Assembly: GCA_041660125.1 (NCBI GenBank) | Contig: JBAZWY010000029.1 | Span: forward strand, 2,616 to 66,615 | Reading direction: 5' to 3' | DNA: 64,000 bases | Source of the DNA: Lentimicrobiaceae bacterium | GTDB lineage: Bacteria; Bacteroidota; Bacteroidia; Bacteroidales; UBA4417 | In this document: one piece after another, positions 45,414 through 54,910 of the stretch | Numbering within the stretch: position 1 is the first letter of the stretch | How the letters are laid out: each line of letters begins with the position of its first letter | Notes under the pieces: generated by a model | What the model saw: only the letters and a program-made list of their open reading frames with translations | Databases searched by the model: none | What the model was told of the DNA's origin: nothing | Made by a program: the position numbers and the translations under genes

Positions 45414-45842
45414 TTAGTTGTAAGCCAGCTCAATGTTGATGTCGCCACTGTATTGTGATGCGCTCTGGTCAAGCATACTATCATCGGGTTGGCATTGCAG
45501 GCTGATGGATTGATTTCCGTTAATAGCGTTGCCTTGCATACTCTGAGTGCTGGTAGCTGAGGTTTCCATTGTAATTTGTTGCTGGTTGTTGTCGGTGAGG
45601 ATTGCTTTTCCTAATATTAAAGAACAGGAAGCTGAGGCATCACTTTTAATCTCGATCTGTGCAAAATTAATTTCTTCAGTTTGGTTTCTTTGAATTGTAA
45701 GAGAAGATTTCGAATTTGAACTTGCACTTACTGATTCAACTACTTCAGCAAATACATGACCTGTTACAGTTGTCTGGGCAAACCCGGTAAATGCAGCCAT
45801 TGCCAGAACTGTTAAAACGAAATGAATAATGAAATGTTTCAT
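45414..45842 (-). CDS. Short DUF4402/SCPU-like pilin paralogue C
   Basis: 142 aa with signal peptide GFA|QT. N-terminal TVTGHVFAEVVESVSA shares the H-x-F-A-E-V motif with B1/B2. C-terminal INIELAYN shares the terminal YN. The core is shorter and Q/S/N-rich. Confidence 0.5.
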   Translation of the reverse strand: MKHFIIHFVLTVLAMAAFTGFAQTTVTGHVFAEVVESVSASSNSKSSLTIQRNQTEEINFAQIEIKSDASASCSLILGKAILTDNNQQQITMETSATSTQSMQGNAINGNQSISLQCQPDDSMLDQSASQYSGDINIELAYN

Positions 45843-46146
45843 GGCGTAAGATATTTTTACTGATTGCTTTAATGCTCCTGCTAATGTAGTACATTATAGG
45901 TGTGGAAACAAGTTATCTGTAAAATAAAATTAAATCATTGTTGGCTTTATATTTGGAATTGAACATGTTAATATTTTTAATGATCACGAAAACAATAAGT
46001 TAAGTGTAGGCGACAAGCTAACAAGAATTATATTCAGTTGTAAAATAATTTTACAACTGCAGTTAAAAAATAAATCGAATAATGGTTCTGATATATCCGA
46101 AATGGGATATTGGTAAGATGAGTGCTACGAAGTTAAATATCAACAG

Positions 46147-47502
46147 TTAAACATTGGTTGTTTTTATTTCATATTTTTCGATTTTCGCATTTAATGTAGG
46201 CCTGGAAATACCAAGAATTCGTGATGCTTCCACTTTATTCCATTTTGCATGATAAAGAACTTGCTTAATATAAACTTTCTCAACTTCGTCTAAAGTAGTA
46301 AGCGAATCCATAGAGATATTATCCATTGTAAGCATATTCTGAGGGATAGTAATGCTGTCTTTCTCAAGTTGATTTCCCCGCCCGACTATCATGGCCTGCA
46401 GAATTGCATTCTCCAGTTCTCTTATATTCCCTGGCCAGTCGTAGCTTTTAAGTTTTTCGAAAACACCTTCTCCAACCTGGTTCACATTTTTTTGAAGCTT
46501 CCGGTTGTATCGTTGAATAAAGAAATAGGTTAACTCGTTTATATCGTCTTTACGTTTACGCAAAGGAGGAAGATCGATGGTAAATACTTTGAGCCTGTAA
46601 TATAGTTCCTCACGAAAACGGCCATCAGCAATAAGTTGTTCCAGGTTTTTGTTTGTTGAAGCAACAATTCGCGCTTTTAAGGGTAAAAGATCAGGCAGTC
46701 CGGGTTTTTCAAATTCCATATCCTGCAATATTCTGAAGAGCTTAATTTGAAAATTATCCGAAAGATTAGAAATTTCATCCAGGAAGATCGTTCCTTCTCC
46801 GACCGACTCAAATTTACCTCTCTTGTTTTCATTAGCTCCGGGGAATGCATCTTTTTCGAAACCAAACAACTCTTTCTGAAGTGCATCATCGTTGAGAGCT
46901 GAACAATTAATAACAACGAAAGGAAATTCGCGTGTAATTCCGCTATGATGAATAAGTTTTGCGATTAGTTCTTTTCCTGTACCCGTTTCGCCTGTAATAA
47001 GCACACTAATCCTGTTTAAAGAAATGCGTCCAATATTTTTAAAAATTTCGCGCATCACAGGCACTTTGCCTATCAAAGTGTTTTCTTCAATCACCTTACG
47101 TGTATCTCTGGTGAAAGGCTGTGAAACACTCAGGTTTTGTTCACTAATTTCGAGGGTTCGCTTAATAACTTCGATTAATTCCTTCGAATGGATCGGTTTC
47201 TCAATAAAATCAACTGCTCCTTGTTGTATTGCCTTAATGGTAAGCGCTACATCACCATGCCCTGTCAACATGATTATGGGGACTAAAGGTTGGTTTTGTT
47301 TAATGATATTAAGAACTTCAATCCCCGACATCCCTGGCATCAGGTAATCGGTAAGAACAAGGTCAACATGATTGGTCGCAAGCAAAGCGATGCCTTCTTC
47401 GCCACTTTCGACAGTAGAAACCCGGTACCCTGCCTTAGTGAGTGTTTGCTTCAGAATCATCAGAATCATCTTGTCGTCATCAATGACCAATATGGTTTTC
47501 AT
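46147..47502 (-). CDS. NtrC-family sigma54-dependent response regulator (REC-AAA+-Fis HTH)
   Basis: REC domain with DLVLTDYLMPGMSG. Walker A GETGTGKE. A GAFTGA-loop variant in LFGFEKDAFPGA. R-finger region WPGNIRELEN. C-terminal HTH ASRILGISRPTLNAKIEKY. No cognate kinase gene is adjacent. Confidence 0.85.
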   Translation of the reverse strand: MKTILVIDDDKMILMILKQTLTKAGYRVSTVESGEEGIALLATNHVDLVLTDYLMPGMSGIEVLNIIKQNQPLVPIIMLTGHGDVALTIKAIQQGAVDFIEKPIHSKELIEVIKRTLEISEQNLSVSQPFTRDTRKVIEENTLIGKVPVMREIFKNIGRISLNRISVLITGETGTGKELIAKLIHHSGITREFPFVVINCSALNDDALQKELFGFEKDAFPGANENKRGKFESVGEGTIFLDEISNLSDNFQIKLFRILQDMEFEKPGLPDLLPLKARIVASTNKNLEQLIADGRFREELYYRLKVFTIDLPPLRKRKDDINELTYFFIQRYNRKLQKNVNQVGEGVFEKLKSYDWPGNIRELENAILQAMIVGRGNQLEKDSITIPQNMLTMDNISMDSLTTLDEVEKVYIKQVLYHAKWNKVEASRILGISRPTLNAKIEKYEIKTTNV

Positions 47503-47711
47503 AAGAAAAATCTATGTTAAATGTCATGTAAGACTATATCTTCTATTTTGCTTTTAATAGAGGTGTTAAATTTACAAAATCTTCACTATCCTTGCTAATA
47601 AAGTTTTAATGTACTACCAAAGGTGATGATTTAATGGATACTCTGCCTGATGTCAGAGTTATTTTCGATTCAGGGTATAAAGTGCAATGGCTTTATCGTA
47701 AAAGCCCGAAG

Positions 47712-48317
47712 TTAATATGAATTAACGACAATGGCAATCAACACTATATAGAAACCAACTGTTATTCCGGAACCTATGGCAAATCCCTGCCAGACTTTTT
47801 TCTTTTTAATCTTATAAGCCTGTTTAGTATATCCATTAAAATAATCTGAGTTTTCCATTAGTTTCTGTTCGCGATAGCCAAGACTATTTATTGATGGAGG
47901 AGTTGCAGAGCAAGCGATAGCAGGAACTAAACCCCAAGGGAAAAACAAACTGCATAACAGAGTACCTGTAGAAGCTGTCTTGTATCCTTTATAAAACCGG
48001 GTTGCATCTCTTTCTCCGATCTGATAGAGGCTATCAACCCCGGGATTAAGATTTGTTGCATAGGATGCCGGTATTTCATTTTTTGAAAGATAAATAAGAA
48101 TCCCGCTCTGGTACTGCATTTTGGCTATTGAATCACGCTGCAGATAAATAGTGTCGGAACTGTTCTCAGGAATAAGAGTAACGTCTTTCGCGTTCAACCC
48201 AATAATTCTGGCTTTTAATTCACCGCCTGATCGGAGTGTGATTTTGTCCTGTGCCACAACTATACTTATGCCTGTGAGGATCAGAAATATAGTGAAAATT
48301 ATTTTCTTCATAATCAA
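47712..48317 (-). CDS. Hypothetical protein with an N-terminal signal/anchor and C-terminal TM helices
   Basis: 201-aa ORF. No family motif recognised. Confidence 0.45.
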   Translation of the reverse strand: MIMKKIIFTIFLILTGISIVVAQDKITLRSGGELKARIIGLNAKDVTLIPENSSDTIYLQRDSIAKMQYQSGILIYLSKNEIPASYATNLNPGVDSLYQIGERDATRFYKGYKTASTGTLLCSLFFPWGLVPAIACSATPPSINSLGYREQKLMENSDYFNGYTKQAYKIKKKKVWQGFAIGSGITVGFYIVLIAIVVNSY

Positions 48318-48412
48318 TTACTTAATTGACTTCAAATTTAACTAAAAATAAACATGGAATGTGAGTGGATGAATAACTATTAATTGCGCAGAAAACAATC
48401 ATCCAAAAACCT

Positions 48413-48420
48413 TACTTTTG
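48413..48420 (+). promoter_or_regulatory. Bacteroidota -7 promoter box upstream of the EamA transporter gene
   Basis: TACTTTTG, 37 nt upstream of the ATG at 48457. It overlaps the TTG start proposed by the ORF track, which argues against that start. Confidence 0.4.
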
Positions 48421-48456
48421 CACCCACTGGAGAAAAAATATAGAGAAAGGGAATTT

Positions 48457-49365
48457 ATGATATTCAATAAGAAAGTTTTTATCGGAGCCATGGCTATCTG
48501 TGTTGCTGCTACCTTGTGGGGGCTCGACGGAGTAGTACTTACACCCCGATTATTTAGTATTGATATTGGATTAGTGGTATTTATTTTTCATGCCTTGCCA
48601 TTTCTGATCATGAATATTTTTATGTATAAGGAGTATAAGCACATCCGGAATTTTACAAAAGGTGATATCCTGATGTTCTTTTTACTTTCATTATTTGGCG
48701 GGGCTGTTGGCACTCTCGCTATAGTTAAGGCGCTATTCCTGGTTAATTTTAAAGCGTTGACAGTCATAGTACTTCTGCAAAAACTCCAGCCTGTATTTGC
48801 AATTACATTGGCAACTCTTATACTGGGTGAAAAGTTAAAGCGTAATTTCCTGTTATGGTCGGCACTTGCTATTACAGCAGGATATTTTCTTACATTTGGA
48901 TTCCGGCTGCCTGATATGGAATTTCATAGCAAAACTGCACTTGCAGCAGGTTTTTCATTGCTGGCTGCTTTTTCATTTGGCAGTTCCACAGTTTTCAGCA
49001 AAAAGGTGCTTTCTAAATACAGTTTCTTTACTGCCACATTTTTCCGCTATGCCTTCACAAGTATCATCATGTTGTTATTTGTACTCTCAACAGGAACGTG
49101 GAAATATATACCCGAAATTAACGGTTTCCAATGGACTATTTTTGCTGTCATTGGTATTACGACCGGTTCAGGTGCAATTTTTCTTTATTATTTCGGGCTT
49201 ACACGAATACGGGCAATGCTTGCAACCATTTGCGAATTGTGTTTCCCGGTCTCGGCAATTCTATTCGACTACCTGGTGAATCACAGGGTACTCTCTCTTG
49301 TTCAGTGGATAAGCACCGGAGTACTTCTTTTTGCAATATTAAAACTTAGCCTGCAAAAGGAGTAG
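48457..49365 (+). CDS. EamA/DMT-family transporter
   Basis: About 10 TM helices in two EamA-like halves. Start moved to MIFNKKVF. Confidence 0.6.
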   Translation: MIFNKKVFIGAMAICVAATLWGLDGVVLTPRLFSIDIGLVVFIFHALPFLIMNIFMYKEYKHIRNFTKGDILMFFLLSLFGGAVGTLAIVKALFLVNFKALTVIVLLQKLQPVFAITLATLILGEKLKRNFLLWSALAITAGYFLTFGFRLPDMEFHSKTALAAGFSLLAAFSFGSSTVFSKKVLSKYSFFTATFFRYAFTSIIMLLFVLSTGTWKYIPEINGFQWTIFAVIGITTGSGAIFLYYFGLTRIRAMLATICELCFPVSAILFDYLVNHRVLSLVQWISTGVLLFAILKLSLQKE

Positions 49366-49482
49366 ATTTGGGAAAAGAAAGCTAAACCGAGGATCGACAA
49401 GGCAATCGTGATGTGAAATATCAAAAAAAAGCCACCATTCTATTTAGAATTAGTGACTTTTTTGCTTATAAAAACTTGGTAG

Positions 49483-49989
49483 TTAATCAACAAAGTCTTT
49501 AAGGCTATCCATAAGTTTCCTACGAGTAAAGAAAATACGGCTTTTCACAGTACCTATGGAAATATTCAGCTGATCGGCTATTTCTTTATACTTGTACCCC
49601 TGGTGGTGCATTTCAAAAGGCATACGCTGATCGGCATCAAGTTTTGAAATTTTCATATTAATCTCTTTTTCCGAAAACTTTGAATCAGGAGATGGGAAAT
49701 CGGATTTGCGCGGAATATTCAGGTAAAATAAATCCTCTGTACTATCAATAATGGTATTTGCTTTTTGATTGCGGCGATAGTTGTTGATGAATGTATTTTT
49801 CATGATTGTATAAGTCCAGGCTTTCAGATTGGTATCTGCAGCAAATTTGTCGCGGTTTGCCAGGGCCTTTAAGTAAGTATCCTGAATAAGGTCCTTTGCT
49901 TCTTCGCGGTTTGAAGTCAGCATGTTAGCATAATATTCAAGATTTTGATAGAGGCTTATCAACTTATGATCGAATTCTATTTGACTCAT
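49483..49989 (-). CDS. ECF-type RNA polymerase sigma-70 factor
   Basis: Region 2: DTYLKALANRDKF...LKAWTYTIMKNTFINNYRR. Region 4 HTH: YKEIADQLNISIGTVKSRIFFTRRKL. Confidence 0.8.
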   Translation of the reverse strand: MSQIEFDHKLISLYQNLEYYANMLTSNREEAKDLIQDTYLKALANRDKFAADTNLKAWTYTIMKNTFINNYRRNQKANTIIDSTEDLFYLNIPRKSDFPSPDSKFSEKEINMKISKLDADQRMPFEMHHQGYKYKEIADQLNISIGTVKSRIFFTRRKLMDSLKDFVD

Positions 49990-50393
49990 GACATTAGTTG
50001 TTTAATTAATAAGGAGCAAAGTTAAACAACTTTATTTATATCTAGTCTAAATAAAGTTAAAAAATTGTTAAATTTTATTAACAAGTAAAAAATTAAGTCT
50101 TAGATACACTGTTTCAGTAATTTAGAGGAATTATAAAGTGTTACAAAAATACGACAGAATCGTGAACAAAGATTAAAAAATGTGTTAAAAACATGTTATT
50201 TTATGCCTAATCTGCCCAACCAATCAGAAGCTATTTTTGCCACAGATTTCACAGATATTAAATTGCATTCGGTACTTATATAAATGAAATAGCCAGGAAT
50301 AAATATTACTTTGTTTGATAGAATTATAGCCATGGCTCTTATTACAAAATGGCTGCCTATTTAATAGGTTTTAAGAATAAAAAAATTATAATC

Positions 50394-51272
50394 TTATAAT
50401 GAATCCAGGAAATCAGAGAATTCTAAGACTGTTTTGAACGATTTAAAATTCCCAGGATAAGTAATTGATAAATCGCTTAAGCATTTGCCCCCAATTAATA
50501 TTTGTTTGTCTCCATAAAGCTGCCCCAGTTCCTTTATCAATTCTGTTACGGTTTCTTCAGGAAGATTGGACGTGATTGATGTAAGCAGGAAATCAACCGG
50601 ATGTAATTCAAAAATATTCTTTAAGTTCAGCAATGGGACGTTTTGTCCAAGATATATAACCATATGACCTTGTTTCCGGATAAGATATTGGAGATAAAGC
50701 AACCCCAGTTCATGATATTCATTTTCAGGAAGAAAAAGAAGAAACGTTTTACTTTCACTACGGATGTCCTGCTGCCCATCAATGGCTAATATCAGTTTCT
50801 GCCTGATGAGTTGCGAAATAAAATGTTCCTGGGCCGGATTAATCGTACCTATCTGCCAAAGAATCCCCACTTTTTCAAGAAATTTATAGAGTAAATTTTC
50901 AAAAGTATAATCGAAGCCTTGTTTAATAATTGCTGATGAGATGATTTTGTCGAACCTTTGTTCATCGATTTCAATCATTGCCATAACAAGATTATCCACC
51001 TGGTGCTCATTATCAAGGTCCTGTTTGGTTAAATCAATTACACATTTATTGATTTCAGCAGAAGACATACTTTTTATATTTGAGATCTTGTAGCCAAATT
51101 TGTTAAGAATGGCAACATTCATCAGATGTCGAAGGTCTTCATCAGAGTAGTAACGAATATTCGTCTCTGTACGTAAAGGCTCAACTATCCCGTACCGCTT
51201 CTCCCAAATACGTATGGTATGGGCTTTAATACCGGTTATTTTTTCCAGATCTTTTATCGAATATCGGATCAT
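50394..51272 (-). CDS. MerR-family regulator with a B12-binding-like C-terminal domain (CarH/LitR-like)
   Basis: MerR HTH YSIKDLEKITGIKAHTIRIWEKRYGIVEPLRTETNIRYYSDEDL. The C-terminal Rossmann-like part carries ENEYHELG, which fits the (D/E)xHxxG cobalamin-ligand motif. Start moved to MIRYSIK. Confidence 0.65.
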   Translation of the reverse strand: MIRYSIKDLEKITGIKAHTIRIWEKRYGIVEPLRTETNIRYYSDEDLRHLMNVAILNKFGYKISNIKSMSSAEINKCVIDLTKQDLDNEHQVDNLVMAMIEIDEQRFDKIISSAIIKQGFDYTFENLLYKFLEKVGILWQIGTINPAQEHFISQLIRQKLILAIDGQQDIRSESKTFLLFLPENEYHELGLLYLQYLIRKQGHMVIYLGQNVPLLNLKNIFELHPVDFLLTSITSNLPEETVTELIKELGQLYGDKQILIGGKCLSDLSITYPGNFKSFKTVLEFSDFLDSL

Positions 51273-51442
51273 TGGTGACTTCGTTGCGTTTGTTATATAA
51301 ACATAGGCGGCGTGTTTTTGTTTAATCTTTATATAAATATCATGAATTACCAAATATATCAGATTTAAAGATATAATTAGTAAACGTCAAGTATATTAAA
51401 ACAAGTTTGGGAATAAGCCAATCCATCATCAGAATTTTAATA

Positions 51443-51477
51443 TTAAAAAAAAGAGGCAACTTATAATAGTGCCTCTA
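51443..51477 (-). terminator. Terminator after the thioredoxin-fold gene pair
   Basis: agaggc/gcctct stem with an A8 flank. On the minus strand this is a hairpin followed by T8. Confidence 0.6.
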
Positions 51478-51497
51478 TTTTAAAATCAAGTAAATAA

Positions 51498-52106
51498 TCA
51501 CTTCGTTTTTTTTAGCTTTATTCCGCATCCAATAGCCTTGGTAAATGAAGGTTCTGGCGTGCCTCCTGCCAGTAATGCGTCGATAGCATTAGCAAGATAT
51601 GGAGCAGTAACTTTAGATGCCTCCTGGGAGTTATCGTCAATAGCTCCTGTGTAGCGAACAATTAAATCTCCTCCTTTTTTCTCCAACAGATAAACCTGGG
51701 GCGTGCGGGTTGCACCGTATTTCCTGCAAATATCCCCTGTTTCATCATAAAGATAAGGAAATGTAAATCCCTTTTCTTTTGCCCGAATTATCATATTCTC
51801 GTAAGAGTCTTCGGGGAGAGTTTCGGGATCGTTGGAACTAATAGCAATCACAGGATATCCTTTTGATTTGTATTTTTTATCAATAGCTATAATCCGGTCC
51901 TGGTAGGCTTTGGCATAGGGACAATGATTACAGGTAAATATTACAGTAAATCCTTTTGCACCGGGGTAATCACTGAGAGAAACCAATTTCCCGTCGGTGC
52001 TTTTGAGTTTAAATCCGGCAGCTTTATCACCCACATTATATCCCTGCGAATAAGCAGATGAGAGTGCAAACAATGAAATAAAGGCTAATGCTATTAGGTT
52101 TTTCAT
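51498..52106 (-). CDS. Thioredoxin-fold (redoxin/AhpC-TSA-like) protein, secreted
   Basis: Signal peptide and active-site CNHCP (CxxC) in FTVIFTCNHCPYAKAY. Confidence 0.7.
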   Translation of the reverse strand: MKNLIALAFISLFALSSAYSQGYNVGDKAAGFKLKSTDGKLVSLSDYPGAKGFTVIFTCNHCPYAKAYQDRIIAIDKKYKSKGYPVIAISSNDPETLPEDSYENMIIRAKEKGFTFPYLYDETGDICRKYGATRTPQVYLLEKKGGDLIVRYTGAIDDNSQEASKVTAPYLANAIDALLAGGTPEPSFTKAIGCGIKLKKTK

Positions 52107-52624
52107 GGTAAATTTAGTTTGAGGTTAATAATTGAATCAAGTTCTTCGAAAGTGAACGGCTGGGTATACGATTCCCTGAACTTCCTGCCGTACAGTATGG
52201 TAAAAGGTATTTCGCCTGACCAATTGGCATCAACAAGGTTTATCCATCGGTTTTGATTTGGGTCGTTGAGTAAAAATACTTCGGAAGTTATGTTTTTGGA
52301 TTTCACAAAAGGTTCCAGCCTGCTTGATAGTTCTTTTGGGAAATCAAGGCTCACCAGCAGTACTTTGAACTTTTTATCCGAATGTTTTTCTTCTACTGCT
52401 TCAATTGCCGGTAATTCCTTAATGCATGGAGCGCACCATGTTGCCCAGAAATTTACAAGGTAAATAGTATCATTATTCTGATGAAGATAAGGCTCTAACT
52501 TGTCGAAATTTACGACCTGTATCTTGTTTACTTTCTTTTTCTGCGCATTTGTTGTTTGCCAAATAAGTAAGATTGAAAACAGTATAAGAGCTTTATTCAA
52601 CATTGTGATAACTTTTGATCTCAT
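52103..52624 (-). CDS. TlpA-like thiol:disulfide oxidoreductase
   Basis: FWATWCAPCIKELP (WCxxC). The stop overlaps the downstream start. Confidence 0.8.
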   Translation of the reverse strand: MRSKVITMLNKALILFSILLIWQTTNAQKKKVNKIQVVNFDKLEPYLHQNNDTIYLVNFWATWCAPCIKELPAIEAVEEKHSDKKFKVLLVSLDFPKELSSRLEPFVKSKNITSEVFLLNDPNQNRWINLVDANWSGEIPFTILYGRKFRESYTQPFTFEELDSIINLKLNLP

Positions 52625-52683
52625 TTATAACAATTAATTGTAGTTAAAAGTTTAAAGCACTAAAAACTATATCGGCATTTTAG

Positions 52684-52864
52684 CCTGTATTATTCGTGCA
52701 GAAGATAAAAGATCAAAGTAAAAAGATAAAAGTCAGGCAGTTGCAAACCATTTTCATAATTTATTTTGTAAAGATGATTTTTATGATTGCCTTCATAATG
52801 TTTTGATCCTTTTGCCTTTATCCTTTTATCTTTTGTCTTTTGTCTTTTTAGAAGTTTATACTAT
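52684..52864 (+). repeat. Copy C of the ~175-bp inverted-repeat intergenic element
   Basis: Aligns base for base with 27483..27656 apart from a few substitutions and one extra ttgtctt word. Confidence 0.8.
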
Positions 52865-53121
52865 GAATTAATCAAGTTAGATTTACATCATTCGTGTAAA
52901 TCTTATACTATTGGAAAAACAGATTGCATTAAAGTCATAATCCTTCAGCTTAATTCAAATACAATTTCAAATGTTTGCAAATTACTCAGATTAAAGTTCC
53001 TGTAAGTACGAAATTTGTACATTTGAATTTCTGAACATTCTGTAAGACAGGATAAAATTCTGTATAGTTAAGTTAATAACCAGTTCAAACAATAAGAATA
53101 AACAACTCTAAAATAAATATT

Positions 53122-54690
53122 ATGAATAAAACAAGGATCAGTGTAGCATTTCTTGTATTATCTATCTTCTTGATAACCGGAACTGCCCATGCACAGATGA
53201 CCTCTGCGCAGGTTGACCAGTTTATGGATAAAGTGATGAAGAAATTTAATGTCGCCGGAGCGGCTGTCGGCATTGTGAAAGATGGTAAAATTATTTATGA
53301 AAAGGGTTTTGGCGTACGATCGATACTCACCAAACTGCCGGTAAACGAAAACACCAATTTTGCAATAGCCTCTAACAGCAAGGCTTTTACAACTACAGCC
53401 TTGGCTATGCTGGTTGAGGAAGGCAAACTGGCATGGACGGATAAAGTTAGGGATTATATTCCCGAGTTTACCATGTATAACGATTATGTTGCCGCTAATT
53501 TTAACATACAGGATTTGCTCACACACCGCAGCGGACTGGGCCTGGGAGCGGGCGACCTGATGATTTTTCCGGATGGTTCGGACTTTACCATGAAAGATAT
53601 ACTGGCTAACTTTCAGTATATGAAACCTGTTTCAGCTTTCAGAACAAAATTTGATTATGATAACCTGCTTTACCTGGTTGCCGGCGAATTAATAGCAAGG
53701 GTAAGCGGTATGAGTTGGGAAGATTTTGTTACCAAACGGATTTTTGAGCCATTACAAATGGAAAACACGTATGCTTCAATGGCTGCCATAAAGGATAAAA
53801 GTAATTTATCCATTCCACACTCAAGTGGTTCCGGATCTATCAGGCCGCTGCCTAATTACCAGGATATGGTCAACGGAGCTGCCGGCGGAATCATTTCGAA
53901 TGTTGACGATTTATGTAATTGGATGCTGGTTCACTTAAACCATGGTACATACGGGGAAAACCTGGAAAAACAACTTTTTTCGGCCGCCAGCCAGCGTGAG
54001 ATGTGGAAAATACATACGGTAACCGATGCAAATTTAAATCCCAGGTATAATTCGCATTTTGCAGGGTATGGCTTGGGATGGGGACTAACCGATCTCAAAG
54101 GGTATTTAAGTGTTTCGCATACCGGGGGATTGCCTGGAATGCAATCTGAAACTTTTATGATTCCGGATCTGAACCTGGGTGTTGTAGTATTGACAAATAC
54201 TGAAAACGATGGAGCTGCTCTTTTTTCAGCAGTAACTCAAACCATTGTCGATAGCTATTTAGGCCTGGATGATTTTGACTGGACAGAGAAGTATTTCGCC
54301 CGTTTTCAGGCTCGCCAAAATGTAGGAGATTCAGTTACCATGAAAGTTTGGGAAACTGTAAAAACTGCAGATAATTCGCATATCGATGCAGGGGAATATA
54401 TCGGGTTATACGAAGATAAGTGGTTTGGTAAAATGGAAGTATTCAAAAAAGGAAACCAGCTCTGGATTAAATCAATTCGTTCGCCAAAACTCACAGGGCA
54501 GATGCATTTTTATAAAGCAAATTCCTTTGCTGTAAAGTGGGAATACCAGGATATGAATGCAGACGCATTTGCTATTTTTAGCCTTGATGAGGAAGGTAAG
54601 GCTCAAAGCATAAGAATGAAAGGTATTTCACCTGATATTGATTTTAGTTTTGATTTTCAGGACCTGGATTTGAGACGAATAAAGAAATAG
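53122..54690 (+). CDS. Serine hydrolase of the class C beta-lactamase/PBP family with a C-terminal lipocalin-like (DUF3471-type) domain
   Basis: Signal peptide, SxxK in ASNSKAFT, YxN in DYDNLLY and an HTGG triad region. Confidence 0.8.
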   Translation: MNKTRISVAFLVLSIFLITGTAHAQMTSAQVDQFMDKVMKKFNVAGAAVGIVKDGKIIYEKGFGVRSILTKLPVNENTNFAIASNSKAFTTTALAMLVEEGKLAWTDKVRDYIPEFTMYNDYVAANFNIQDLLTHRSGLGLGAGDLMIFPDGSDFTMKDILANFQYMKPVSAFRTKFDYDNLLYLVAGELIARVSGMSWEDFVTKRIFEPLQMENTYASMAAIKDKSNLSIPHSSGSGSIRPLPNYQDMVNGAAGGIISNVDDLCNWMLVHLNHGTYGENLEKQLFSAASQREMWKIHTVTDANLNPRYNSHFAGYGLGWGLTDLKGYLSVSHTGGLPGMQSETFMIPDLNLGVVVLTNTENDGAALFSAVTQTIVDSYLGLDDFDWTEKYFARFQARQNVGDSVTMKVWETVKTADNSHIDAGEYIGLYEDKWFGKMEVFKKGNQLWIKSIRSPKLTGQMHFYKANSFAVKWEYQDMNADAFAIFSLDEEGKAQSIRMKGISPDIDFSFDFQDLDLRRIKK

Positions 54691-54736
54691 AAATTCCTAT
54701 TTCAATTTTGTTAGCAGAAATAAAAGAAGTTTTAAC

Positions 54737-54830
54737 CGCTGAGAACCGCAAAGCTTTACGCAGAGTTCCGCAAAGAAGTTTATCATTTATTGGCTCTGCG
54801 GTACTTTGCGTCTTCTCATCGAACTTTGCG
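54737..54830. repeat. Imperfect palindromic element built from CGCAAAG/CGCAGAG words
   Basis: The left arm carries ccgcaaag, cgcagag and ccgcaaag. The right arm carries ctctgcg, ctttgcg and ctttgcg. It lies between convergent gene ends. Confidence 0.4.
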
Positions 54831-54910
54831 TTTTAGCCTTTCAATAATTAAAATCCTTAACTGCACGACTTTGATTCCTATTTGGATCATTCTGACGGCA
54901 GGCACTGAAT

